Origin: Tubiluchus corallicola
Lineage: Eukaryota; Animalia; Priapulida
Assembly: GCA_030141605.1 (NCBI GenBank)
Contig: JAQGDQ010000552.1
Coordinates: 1 to 64,000 of the forward strand
Length of the DNA: 64,000 nt
Reading direction: 5' to 3'
Position numbers and translations under genes: made by a program. Below the pieces are notes generated by a model. It was not told the DNA's origin. It saw nothing but the letters and a program-made list of their open reading frames with translations, and did not search any database. Position 1 is the stretch's first letter; each line of letters opens with the position of its first letter. This document shows, piece by piece, positions 31,190-42,420 of the stretch.

Positions 31190-31704
31190 TTAAGCACATA
31201 AACACCCTAAATGCAAATTATATTCAATCAATTATATTCAAAACTATACTCCAGGAACTACGTGAAAAATAAACTACAACACGTACTATACAACTACTAC
31301 TTAGTTTCAACATTGTCGACTAGAAACATACCTCATAAAATTTAGCCTAACGAACGGAAAACTAATTGTGATTACGTAACTTTTAACTTTAATGACCATC
31401 AAGAATTTTTTAAATAACTCAGTAAACACTAATAAAATTATTCATAATAAGTTAACTGCTAAAATACACAGCTGGTTTTAAAACAGCAGTAGCTATATAA
31501 ATGCTCTGAAAAGTAAATGTCATACATTAACGTTTATAACAGCCAGCTTTATAAAGTTTCTTTCGAACATTCCAAATGATGCATCTTTTTTACGATAGTG
31601 CATCATAACAATAAAGAACGATATGTAAAATGAGCAAACTCGCACTTGCGTGCAAAATGTCAGACGACATGCACTAACCCTTGCTTTTTCTACCTGTACT
31701 GGCT

Positions 31705-31925
31705 TGTGCGTAGCTTAACGGTAGCGTGCTCGCGTACCACCCAGGAGGTCGTGGGTTCGACTCTCGACCAAGTCGTACCAAAGACTTCAAAAATGGTACC
31801 GCTGGTTCTTCGACCAACCACGCGGGTTTATTGAAGTAACGTGCAGGTAATAATAATCGGGACCACCTTGGAAATAACTTACTCAAGGTGTTATCCTTGG
31901 ACTATGTCCTAAACGAAATAATAAT
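31705..31925 (+). mobile_element. tRNA-derived SINE
   Basis: A box TAGCTTAACGG, B box GGGTTCGACTC, core AAAGACTTCAAAAATGGTACC and an (ATA/TTA)n tail. Confidence 0.75.
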
Positions 31926-32173
31926 AATTATTATTATTATTACTGCTACCTTGACAAAATCGTTAGACTACAAACTGAGTTTCGTCAACTTTCTGATATG
32001 TAAAGATGTGTAAGTGTAAACGGAATAAAGAGATTTCTTTTATTCCTGATGTAGCTAGAAAAAATTCACGACTCATACTGTCGGTGACCGTTGCTGTTTT
32101 CCGCTAGTTTTTGCTACCATCTTGCATTTTTATTGCATTTTTGACACTACAACAAGCACTTGTTAAGTTAGTA

Positions 32174-32651
32174 CAGTCAAACTTCACTTTATAACGCCGC
32201 GCTTAATAACCCCAACCTCGCTTAATGCTTATATTTTTGGCAAAACAAAAAAATTATATTTGCATAGACAGGTATGTAATAATGCGCCTCGTTATAATGC
32301 CAAACTCGCTTACTGCCAACTGTTTTGTAGTCAAAAAGCAGGCGGTATAAGGAAGTTTAACTGTTTTGTAGTCAAAAAGCAGGCGGTATAAGGAAGTTTA
32401 ACTGTTTTGTAGTCAAAAAGCAGGCGGTATAAGGAAGTTTAACTGTTTTGTAGTCAAAAAGCAGGCGGTATAAGGAAGTTCAACTGTTTTGTAGTCAAAA
32501 AGCAGGCGGTATAAGGAAGTTCAACTGTTTTGTAGTCAAAAAGCAGGCGGTATAAGGAAGTTTAACTGTTTTGTAGTCAAAAAGCAGGTGGTATAAGGAA
32601 GTTTTAACTGTTTTGTAGTCAAAAAGCAGGCGGTATAAGGAAGTTTGACTG
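32174..32651. mobile_element. Tigger/pogo-like MITE with an 8 x 41-bp subterminal tandem expansion (32318-32651)
   Basis: TA flanks, TIR CAGTCAAACTTC / GAAGTTTGACTG. Unexpanded relative at about 33779-33955 in the IDH3A intron. Confidence 0.8.
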
Positions 32652-32699
32652 TATGCTATATTGCACTTCTAGACAGACGTGGTCAGCACGTTCATCAAG

Positions 32700-34218
32700 T
32701 TATTGTGATTTCTCCACTAGCCTGCAGATGGCATCGGTAAAGCCTGAGCAAGTCGCAGTCCCGCCTAAATCTCCCGTCCTCGTTTCTTTGGATTCGATGG
32801 CAGCGAAAGTGGCGTTTTCAATATTATCTGCGTGTTCGTTCAATTTCATGTGCCTGAGCATCATGCACGCACTAAGTAACAGTGCCGTCGGGTTTGCCTT
32901 GTCCTGCCCGGCAATATCGGGTGCGGTACCGTGCACAGATTCGAAGATTGCGGCACCTTCCTCGCCTATATTTCCACTAGGGGTTATTCCGAGTCCTCCG
33001 ATCAATCCAGCGCAAAGGTCGCTGAGAATGTCGCCGTACAGATTGGGCATGACTAGCATGTCGAACTGTGTTGGGTCTTGTACCATGTGCAGACAACAAG
33101 TGTCCAAGTACAACTCATCAAACTTAATGTCCGGATACTCCTCTGCGACTTCACGACAGCACATCAGAAACAGTCCGTCCGACATTCTCATTATGTTTGC
33201 TTTGTGGACGGCTGTTACCTGCTTTCGCTTGTTGGCTGTCGCGTACTGGAAAGCAAACTCGGCCACACGGCGCGAAGCTTTCTCCGTAATCAGCTTAATA
33301 CTCTGAACAACACCGTCGACTATAACATGTTCTATTCCGCTGTATTCACCTTCTGTGTTTTCTCTTATAGTCACTAGGTCCACATTATCATACGGTGTCT
33401 TATATCCAACAACAGACCTACATGGTCGCACATTCGCGTACAAGTTAAACGTCTTTCGTAAAGCCAAGTTCAGCGATTGGTGGCCCTTTCCGACGGGCGT
33501 TGCAAGTGGGCCTTTTAAACCGATTCTGTTTTTGTTCATGGATTCTATAGCAGCTGGAGGAATGACCATACGTCCATCTGGTGCTCGTACCGGGGTGACG
33601 TCCACTGGTTCCCATTCAATAGGAACCTGCAATGATTGAGCATTAATCACAATTAATTTTAATGTAAAATTAACTACTAAACTAGTTGTGGTAAAAGTTA
33701 TGATAGTACCAGCTGCATTTAACACAATTAGCCACTGGCTAAATCATCATTAACTAAAAAATCTTTGTTGGATATCGACAGTCAAACCACGTTATAAAGC
33801 CCCCACCTCTACAATGCCAGTGTCACTTAACGCACGTTTTTGGCAAAACAAAACGTCTGTATTTTCATAGACATAAATGTATTAATGCATCTCGTTACAA
33901 AGTCAAACTCGCTTAATGCCAACTGTTTTACAGTCCCAAGTAGGCAGTATTACAGAGATCACTCTCTAACTAAGTATATGTATGTATACTAACACTATGT
34001 ATACAAGTGTTAGTGTATATATACAAAGCCAATCTTCAAAATACCTTAGCTGCTGAAAATATCTTCTGAACTGCCGCGGATATCTCCGGACCAATTCCAT
34101 CTCCAGGAATTAGTGTTACAGTCTGAAAACCCGACGCCTTTCTAATGCACAATTTATTTACAATGGGACCAACAAAACTTTGTGAAAACAATGTAAACAG
34201 TTTCTTGGTCGGCGCCAT
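32700..34218 (-). CDS. IDH3A: NAD-dependent isocitrate dehydrogenase subunit alpha, mitochondrial, 366 aa, 2 exons (34218-34045 and 33626-32700)
   Basis: Basic transit peptide MAPTKKLF..., [70 protein letters not shown]. Intron 34044-33627 is GT..AG, phase 0. Confidence 0.95.
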
Positions 34219-34380
34219 GTTTCTCTTAGAATTCTCGAGATCGCGATTTTTCTCGAGATTTTGTTCACCTTGGAGGAGGAGCACGTGTTCACTGTTTTGC
34301 AATGACATTAGTGATTTTGATGTTCTGATAAACCATGATTTTTTGATTACCTAATTGCACAAGAAAATTTATCACTGAGG
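34219..34380. promoter_or_regulatory. Putative bidirectional promoter for IDH3A and IGHMBP2
   Basis: Palindromes TCTCGAGA (twice), ATCGCGAT and E-box CACGTG just upstream of the IDH3A ATG, plus a + strand donor GAG|gtaatg at 34380. Confidence 0.45.
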
Positions 34381-35627
34381 TAATGTATTTTGTAGTTTTT
34401 AAGTTTTACAGTGCCAAAAATCCGAAATTCGTTAGATGGATTAATACAATTACAAAGTTTATGAGCTTGTCTTACTGAACTTTGAAGTCATTGTAAAAAG
34501 TAGACTTTGTCAACTGTATAGCGAATTTACAATAGCAGACCTGTCTGCTCAAGAATGATGCTAAAGCTGACTTTAGTACGGAAGTCCATATTGGGTGCAG
34601 ATTAACACTAACAAATTCTGCATCATGTGGTGGCACAATTGAAGCCGTAGTTTTCACACGCAAAAAGTGTATCAGTTATACTACATAGACTACTCTGCTA
34701 CTTATACAAGAACCCAAGAACACACACAAGCTATTTAAGAAACAAAATAGATTGAATCTGAAGCGCAATTCTTACTGGCACTCTGAAGACTGCCAGCTTT
34801 ATCTAAATGGCAGTTTTGTAGGTGGCAAAGGTAAATGGGGCTGTAAGCTTGGAGACGCTTGTGTTGAGCACCGCAGTCTTCTTCAAGAACTCTTCCAGAT
34901 TCTTGAAACCACTTACACTGGGAGAATTATTACTTCCTCCGTTAAAGTGATGTTGTGTAAGGGCAAAGTGTCATTTATGATTTTTTTCGTACTAAATTGT
35001 AGCACCTTTGCAATTTCCCAACTTACAAAGTTTCAGTCTCTTTCTGAAATTTAACAGGATAACATAATGTTGTTATGAGCTTCATTCTAAGAGCTGTCAC
35101 TTAAAGTCACTCGGATGTATCAGATGTATTGTTATTGCTTAAACTTATAAAAAATATGACAAAGAAATTAGCAAGGGTAAATTTAAAATATACTACCACT
35201 GAATAGAAATTTTTAGGCATGGTGGTTGCCGCCATTCACTTGAAAATCATAATGTAACTGAGAGAATTTGTGGCTTTCCTTCAGCATTCACTGCTCAAAC
35301 TAATTCAAACTTCTGCAGCGTACTTAATGTTCAAACAAAAAATCACAAAATTAGCTATCTAATTTTTTTGTAAAAACTTGTCATACTATTGATGAAGATT
35401 GATTGTGCGCTACTTTTCTTCAAGACAAATAACGTCATTGGAAGAAGAATGGGCATTCACAATGTGATTTTAAAGTGATTCTACTAATTGCACGAGGTGC
35501 TTATTGCAGTTTTATTGCTAAATCCTTCTAACGTTTTTCACGAATATTGAAATCAGCTTAGCCTCCTAGAAAGCTTGACCTTTCCTTTAATGTACTGTGT
35601 GCTGTTCCTCAGGAAAACTCCTCTATA

Positions 35628-35685
35628 CTCTCTCTCCTCTCTCTCTCTGTTTCTCTGTCCCTCTTTTTCTCCCTACCTATCTCTT

Positions 35686-35733
<48 letters not shown>

Positions 35734-35744
35734 TCCCTCTCCCT

Positions 35745-35789
<45 letters not shown>

Positions 35790-35807
35790 CCCTTTCTCCC
35801 TCTCTCT
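35628..35807. repeat. (CT)n microsatellite
   Basis: Directly visible. Confidence 0.95.
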
Positions 35808-36188
35808 TGTGTGAAAATTCTTCACGCAACATCATTTTTCATTTATGTCCCATTTTCCAAACAAATTTTTAAGATGCTATCAAGAAGATAGCGAATGCAT
35901 ACATGCTCTTTTGCTCCTACATGTGAACTTGGTAATTTGCTGGGTCATTCAAAAATGGCTCAGAAAATGGGGGCAGTGTTGTACTGGCTAGGTGCATGAT
36001 AACTTTGAGATAGGGAGTTAGATGAATGTTCAATTAGTGTCAGTTTTTTCATAATATATTATTCAGGTAACCTTTTTATTTTACCTCTTTATTAATCGCG
36101 ATCTGCCAAAGAAATTATCGCTGCAAAACAAACGAGCAAACAAAAAAGTTAAGTTTGATCCAACATCTCTTGATTTTAGGATGCCAAC

Positions 36189-39100
36189 ATGTCATTGACT
36201 GAGTTTGTGGAGAAGACAAAAGCTCTGCTGGATTTAGAGAGAGAAGCTGAACTTGAAGAAACGCAGCAGTTGCTGGAAAACGTCTCGGCAAAGGAATTGG
36301 AGAAGAAAGGAATTTGCCTATTGAAGCTCAGAGCTGGTGCTCGGAAAACTGGATTATACGGGCGATCTGTCATCACATTTGAATCCTTCTGGCACGGTTC
36401 AGAATTACCATCACATTCGCTGTCGAATGGTGACATCGTGGGCGTCAACTGTTCAGAAGTTCCTCCTTCTAGTCCCTCTATTGTGTCTGGAATTATTTCT
36501 CGCGTCGGTAAAGGGTGGATTAGTGTCGCATTTGACTTACCGCTTGACGAGCTGCCTATTGAAGATGACGTGAAGTATCGCTTGACAAAGCTTGCTAACG
36601 ATATTACATACAAAAGATTGAAGCAAGGCTTACAGGAACTTGGCAGATATGCTAACGGGCCAGCCAGCAGATTAATTAACACTCTTTTTGGAGACCTACC
36701 AACACAGTGCATTAGTGCAGCGGACAGTGTACCAATAAAGTTTTTCAATCCTTGTCTTAATTTGTCGCAGCAGGAAGCCGTTAAGTTTGCACTGGAGAGA
36801 ACTGACGCAGCAATTATTCATGGACCCCCAGGAACAGGGAAAACTACTACTGTGGTTGAAACCGTATTGCAGCTTGTTGCAAGGAAAGAAAAGATACTGG
36901 CATGCGCGCCGTCTAACGTGGCCGTCGATAATTTAGTGGAAAAACTTTCATTCTATAAGTGCAAAATTGTAAGGCTCGGTCATCCGGCGAGGTTGCTTGA
37001 GCATATCCAGAAGCATTGCTTGGATTCGATTCTCGAAAGGACGGATCAAGCCAATCTCGTCGCCGATGTGAGAAACGATATATGTAAGAATCTAGGTTTG
37101 ATGAGAAAGAGCAAGAGCCGAGATGTAAAGCAGCAACTCAGACAGGACAACAAACAGTTAAGGAAAGAGCTGCGTGAAAGAGAACGTGCTTGCTTGGAAC
37201 ACGTCCTCAATAGTGCCGACGTCATTTTGTCCACGCTCACGACGGCGTCGTCTGACGGACCACTGAAACACGTAAGTGAAGGTACTATACATACTGTTGT
37301 AATTGATGAATGTTCTCAGGCAACGGAGGTGGCTTGCTGGCTTGCATTGATGCATGGCAAAAAGTGCATTTTGGCGGGAGACCATCATCAACTGCCACCG
37401 ACGATCATATCCCATAGTGCAGCTCGGCAGGGTTTAGCTGTAACATTAATGGAAAGACTAATTCAGCTATATGGTGCCTCCATGGTAACGCAACTGACGC
37501 GACAGTATCGTATGAACGAACTCATCATGAGATGGCCTTCCAAGCAGTTATATGAGGACAAACTCGTTGCTGATGATAGTGTGGCCCATCACCTTCTTCA
37601 TGATTTGGCAGAAGTGTCCTCGACAGAAGATACAACCATACCGTTGCTACTCATAGATACTGCCGGCTGTGATATGACAGAATTGGACCTTCCCGAAGAA
37701 GTCTCAAAGGGTAACGAGTCAGAAGCAGACTTGGCGGCTTGGCATGTTCAGGCGCTCATAGATGCGGGCATTAAGGCGCAAGACATAGCCGTAATTGCCC
37801 CATATAACCTGCAAGTTGAATTTCTACGTCTCAAACTTCACGGGAAGCATCCTAGCCTTGAGATAAAGTCTGTCGACGGTTTCCAAGGTCGCGAGAAGGA
37901 AGCCGTTGTGATCACGTTGGTTCGTTCCAACTTGCAACATGAAATTGGCTTCCTGGCAGAAGACCGCAGAATCAACGTCGCTATCACCAGAGCTCGCCGC
38001 CATCTGGCAGTCATTTGTGACAGTGAAACAGTGGGCTGCCATGAATTTTTGAAGGAATTGGTAACTTACATGATAACCAATGGGGAAGTCAGATCAGCAG
38101 AACAATATAGATCTGCCCTGGGGCAGTTTGAATGTGTGCAGTTCCCAAAGCATTTTACTACTGAAACACCTCCGGCAGGCTCTCGTGCTGTGAACGCAGG
38201 AGCAAAAGTGAAAGTAAAGAATTCTAACCTAAAACAGCCCGGCGTTACACACAGCTGTGTCAAAACATCTGCCCCTCATATGGCTAAAGTTTTGCCAACG
38301 AATTCGCCAGAATATGATCATATTATTGCAACGGTAGAGGACTTTGCCAGAGGTGATTCGCTGGAGTACCGATTTCCGGCTAGCTTGACGTCTCGTCAAC
38401 GTATGATTGTACACGAAACTGGACAGAGGCTGGGATTGATACACGTGAGTACTGGAGAGGGTGAGATGAGACAAATCACTCTCAGAAAAAAATCTTGCAT
38501 GGAAACTCAAACCTCCTTGAACGACGGTAATAAAGAACGAGATAGTGAAACAGCCATTAGACTGGATGAATGTGCCAAAAAGCCGCTTGCGACGGAAGAC
38601 AGCTTGAGCGAAAGAGCTTACGGCACTCTTCCAGTTGAAGTTCCTAATGTTGAAATCAGTAGCAGTGAAGAAGATGAAATCGGTATTGATAACACCGACA
38701 TTAAGTGTGAAAAGTGCCAAAAGTTCTTACCTCGACGTAATATAGAACTGCATGTGTTACGTTGCAGAGACGCAAAACCTTCCACGCCTGTCAAAGTCAA
38801 GCCGTCATCCGGAAAGAAACACAAGAAATCGAATAAGCAGAAAAGTCCTCTGACTGCCGCCTCTCTTCCAGACGACTTTGACGACATGCTCGAAGCCGTA
38901 AAGCTAGCTGATAACACATGCAGATACGCAAAGTGCAAAGCAAAACTTTCTACTCTTGGACAGACTTGCTGCTTCTGCGGATGTCGCTTCTGTTTGTCTC
39001 ACCATCAGCCGGAAGTTCACGGCTGCGGCGACGAGGCGAAAGCTCACGCAAGAATGGTGATTCGGAAAACGGGAACTCTCGGCGGTGGCGCGCCGAGTAA

Positions 39101-39209
39101 GAAACCAGACCCGGAGAAGAGGGCGAATATCGAAAGAAAACTGGAAAAGAAGTTGAGCGAACTGGAACAACAGCGGAGGCAGAAAAAACTGGAGAAGAAA
39201 ACGAAATGA
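36189..39209 (+). CDS. IGHMBP2: DNA-binding protein SMUBP-2, a UPF1-like SF1 helicase with R3H and AN1 zinc finger, single coding exon, 1006 aa
   Basis: GPPGTGKT, APSNVAVDNL, IDECSQ, LAGDHHQLPP, QYRMN, SVDGFQGREKE, RRINVAITRARRH; R3H (RMIVH...HVSTGEG); AN1 finger (CRYAKC...CCFCGCRFCLSHHQPEVHGC). Acceptor ttgattttag at 36179. Confidence 0.95.
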   Translation: MSLTEFVEKTKALLDLEREAELEETQQLLENVSAKELEKKGICLLKLRAGARKTGLYGRSVITFESFWHGSELPSHSLSNGDIVGVNCSEVPPSSPSIVSGIISRVGKGWISVAFDLPLDELPIEDDVKYRLTKLANDITYKRLKQGLQELGRYANGPASRLINTLFGDLPTQCISAADSVPIKFFNPCLNLSQQEAVKFALERTDAAIIHGPPGTGKTTTVVETVLQLVARKEKILACAPSNVAVDNLVEKLSFYKCKIVRLGHPARLLEHIQKHCLDSILERTDQANLVADVRNDICKNLGLMRKSKSRDVKQQLRQDNKQLRKELRERERACLEHVLNSADVILSTLTTASSDGPLKHVSEGTIHTVVIDECSQATEVACWLALMHGKKCILAGDHHQLPPTIISHSAARQGLAVTLMERLIQLYGASMVTQLTRQYRMNELIMRWPSKQLYEDKLVADDSVAHHLLHDLAEVSSTEDTTIPLLLIDTAGCDMTELDLPEEVSKGNESEADLAAWHVQALIDAGIKAQDIAVIAPYNLQVEFLRLKLHGKHPSLEIKSVDGFQGREKEAVVITLVRSNLQHEIGFLAEDRRINVAITRARRHLAVICDSETVGCHEFLKELVTYMITNGEVRSAEQYRSALGQFECVQFPKHFTTETPPAGSRAVNAGAKVKVKNSNLKQPGVTHSCVKTSAPHMAKVLPTNSPEYDHIIATVEDFARGDSLEYRFPASLTSRQRMIVHETGQRLGLIHVSTGEGEMRQITLRKKSCMETQTSLNDGNKERDSETAIRLDECAKKPLATEDSLSERAYGTLPVEVPNVEISSSEEDEIGIDNTDIKCEKCQKFLPRRNIELHVLRCRDAKPSTPVKVKPSSGKKHKKSNKQKSPLTAASLPDDFDDMLEAVKLADNTCRYAKCKAKLSTLGQTCCFCGCRFCLSHHQPEVHGCGDEAKAHARMVIRKTGTLGGGAPSKKPDPEKRANIERKLEKKLSELEQQRRQKKLEKKTK

Positions 39210-39304
39210 AATAGTTTTGGTACGGGGTATTTTATACCACTCACATATTTCTATATAATATACCCTGTATTGCTTTGCTAAATTTACATGTTATTAAATT
39301 ATAA

Positions 39305-39310
39305 ACGTTG

Positions 39311-39382
<72 letters not shown>

Positions 39383-39385
39383 TGA
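39305..39385. repeat. (TTA)n microsatellite
   Basis: Directly visible; a similar tract lies at 23068-23170. Confidence 0.9.
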
Positions 39386-40278
39386 TTTATTATACTATTA
39401 TTAAATTATTATAATCCCAATCAATTAATGAGTTATTGGTAATCTTTGCCGTTGCAATAACCCTTTTAAGAGTTTCAGCGATTAATGATGATCGTGAAGA
39501 GGTCAAAGGTTAAGTATACCAGTCGCGCATTTGTGTACACTCGACAATGCCTCGCAGCCCATGCTGTTGTACTAGCAACAATTTTAACAGCTAGTCAAAA
39601 CTTTACCTAGTTCATTTTTTCTACTTTCCAAGAAAGATTCTGCTAGTAAACTACTCTATGCGCTGAGTAATGCATAATTGAGTCCACATAAAACATCTGA
39701 AGTTACTGAACTAAGGCCGGCAGAAACTTTGCTTTATCAACACTTCACGTGATGGTTGTACTTAAGACGCATTGCTGCAGTACACTTAACCTTTGACCTA
39801 TAGCAACTGCTTGTGACAACGAAACTGTGTAAAGTCTTATTGGTGTCAACATCTTTAAATAGTTTCCTCATGCTTTGATAGTCTCTCTCTATAAAAAATA
39901 GTAAAACTTTCTTTCCTACCAAATGGTAGGAGCTTCGGCCTTAATGGTTTTGTTTTGCATCATGACAGTTTGTTGATAATGTACTAAGATACATATCCAG
40001 TATTTTTAACAAAAACCAGCTTTAAATTTGTTCTTCTGAAGGTTGTCCAGTGCACTAGTAATTATGGTTAGGTTTTGTACTTTAAGAAAGATCAAAGATG
40101 ATACTAATTTCAGATTCTGTTATGCAGGGTTGCAGCATCACAGTTTGACGTATAATGTGTGATACTTTTCACAAAAATTTGTTCTTGCTCTCTTCGACAT
40201 TCATTGAAATCTTGCTATTCTGTTTCTTGTGTGAGCAAATCGTCACTGAAAGTTGATCACTACCTTTATTAATAATAT

Positions 40279-40382
40279 GTCTACGGCCATATCACGTTGA
40301 AAACACCATCATCGAAGTTAAGCAACGTAGAGCCTCGTTAGTACTTGGATGGGTGACTGCCTAGGAATACCAGTTGTTGCGG
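40279..40382 (+). pseudogene. 5S rRNA-derived sequence with an internal deletion, forming the head of a SINE
   Basis: GTCTACGGCCATATCACGTTGAAAACACC..GAAGTTAAGCAACGT..GTTAGTACTTGGATGGGTGACTGCCTAGGAATACC; lacks the GGTTCTCGTCCG segment and a T-run terminator. Confidence 0.85.
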
Positions 40383-40810
40383 GATGCCCACACTGTATCT
40401 CGATACTAGGCGGAGGAGCTGCACAAGCAGCCAACGGCTAGAGGGCAGAGGAGGTCAAGTGACTCAACGACCATGTGGGGGAGTAAACCTTCCAAATCAG
40501 GAGTGGAGCCCTGAAGGCGGACCAGTGCAGCATGCTCAGTGACTCCGGCAGCTCCTGCAGCCAACCTGGTGCCAAACGTATCGCTCCACTTTCCTTTGGA
40601 CTACACCAGGGAGGAAGAGAGGGGGTTCCTGTTGTCTGGGCAACTCAGGATCTCCATACACCTTGCCCAGGCGTGCGCCCTGGAGACGTTCAAGGATTGC
40701 ACTGCTCAGCCACAGTCGACGCTGCAGCTCCATCAATGTGATCAATAACTGACTCTCTTGGCGCACACTCCATTGTCTTCCAAGAGACAAGGATGCCAAC
40801 AATTAAATAA
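40279..40810 (+). mobile_element. 5S-derived SINE (SINE3-type)
   Basis: 5S head plus a body of about 420 bp ending GGATGCCAAC and an A-rich tail. A 5'-truncated second copy lies at 48286-48615. Confidence 0.75.
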
Positions 40811-41829
40811 TCGTAAAAGAGCTAGTGACGTCATACTTTGCAAGAAAAAATGTTGAAATGTATGAAGATTTAAGGTGCTCACCTGGCCCCTCGCAACACC
40901 AAATATGTGATTTGATTTAGACAGCATCTAACATACCATCACCTATACTAACACATTCCCAAATTAGGTTTTTTAGTGGGCAAGGAAATCTTAGGGCATT
41001 CAATTCAAAGTTTATTCATCTCTAGTATAATATTTATAGCGCAAATACAACAAATTGTGTAAAGTATGTAGAGATGGGGTGGCGAAAGACCAGGAGGTCA
41101 TCGAGTCAGCCACCCCTATATAACTTAGGAATATTATAAAGCACGGCAGACTACATGGTTAAGTGAATAAATATGTGGTTAGGTCTTAAGCGTAGCAAAT
41201 AAACAAAATGCAAAGCAGTTATATTATCATTATACCAATGGAAAAAAGCAAGCAAATAATGCAGTTAAAAATGAAAACAACAACTGAACAAGTCATGAAT
41301 GCAACAAGAAAAAGGCAAGCAATCTGGTTAAATCATAAATGCAGCGAATGAACTAAAATGCAGCAAATGAACGAAAATGTAGTTGAATAATGAATGCAAA
41401 ACAGAAGGAAGAAAATTTGTGCAGTAAGTCTTGAATGTAATAAATGAACAAAAGCAATCAGTAATCATAATGTGACAAATATACGCAAAAAGCAAGCAAT
41501 GGAAAAGCGTTTAGTATGTCGAAATGTTGTTGCAGGTGAAACTATAGCGTAGCTTATAAATTAATTCCTTCAGCACTGGAATGCTTTGTCAATTCTGTAA
41601 CTGTACTTTTTTGTATATTGTAATGCTAAATGGTTAAATAAATAAATCTAAGTAAACATATAAACGGAAAAACAAGGAACCTCGAAGCTTCATATGCTGT
41701 GCAGATTTTGTGACATTCGCAGCCATTTTTGTGTAGTTAATTAAATTGGATTTAATAACAGTAACTCCATGGGAGAAATAATTAACATGAGGTTAAAGAA
41801 CTAAGTGATAAACTTTTTATCCCATAATT

Positions 41830-42420
41830 TTCTTCTTCTTCGTCTTCTGTTGCTCTACACACCTGTAGACATTGAGCCTCCATTCTTTATTAGAGCACTC
41901 CACTGTTTCCTGTCTGCAGAAATATTTTCAATTCTTGTGATGGTATTGTTAAGTTTGGTCTTAGCTGTTGTAAATCTTTATCAATTCTTGATATCCAAGT
42001 TGTTTTTGGTTTTGCTTGGAGATCGTTTAGGAGGTTTCAATGCCTCGTTTAATGCTAATCTTACTGATGCTGTTTCTGGCAATCTCATTAAATATCCTAC
42101 CCATCTTAGCCTTCTGATTTTAGTGCTCCAATGTTTAATGCTAATCTTACTGGTGTTGTTTCTGGCAATCTCACGAAATGCCCAACCCATCTTAGTCTTC
42201 TGATTCTGATTTTTGTGCTCCAATGTTCTTCTTTGTTTCTTCCTTGGTTCTTTGGACAATGTTCATTTGAAATGATATATGGCCATTTTATCGTTAAGAT
42301 TTTTCTGAGCAGTCTCTCGACCCTCTGCGAAATCCATTCATTTCTGCTTCCTGAGTTGCAGTTAAGCCCCACATTTCAATGTTGTCCCATAATTTTACAG
42401 AGTCAGTACTTTACTTCTTT
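41830..42420 (-). mobile_element. RTE-clade LINE 3' fragment, degenerate, with an internal duplication of about 100 bp
   Basis: Translated fragments LLRKILTIKWPYIISNE and RRLRWVG(H/Y)..RLPE..VRLAL are typical of the RTE RT C-terminus; (GAA)n tail on the minus strand. Confidence 0.75.

Noticed and set aside
31705-31775. Possible tRNA gene
   Set aside because: Acceptor stem is imperfect and it continues into a SINE body with a second copy at 12620; treated as a SINE head.
32318-32651. CRISPR-like appearance of short regular repeats (also 43436-45470 and 26228-26682)
   Set aside because: Head-to-tail repeats with no unique spacers, no cas genes and a eukaryotic context.
32653-33639. Plus-strand ORFs antisense to IDH3A (likewise ORFs overlapping SCLY, IGHMBP2 and MIOS)
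   Set aside because: Shadow frames of real CDSs with no independent motifs.
33627-33725. N-terminus of the 341-aa IDH3A ORF (MLNAAG...)
   Set aside because: Intronic read-through; the real N-terminus is exon 34218-34045.
40279-40382. Functional 5S rRNA gene
   Set aside because: Internal deletion, substitutions, no Pol III terminator, and fused to a repeat body.
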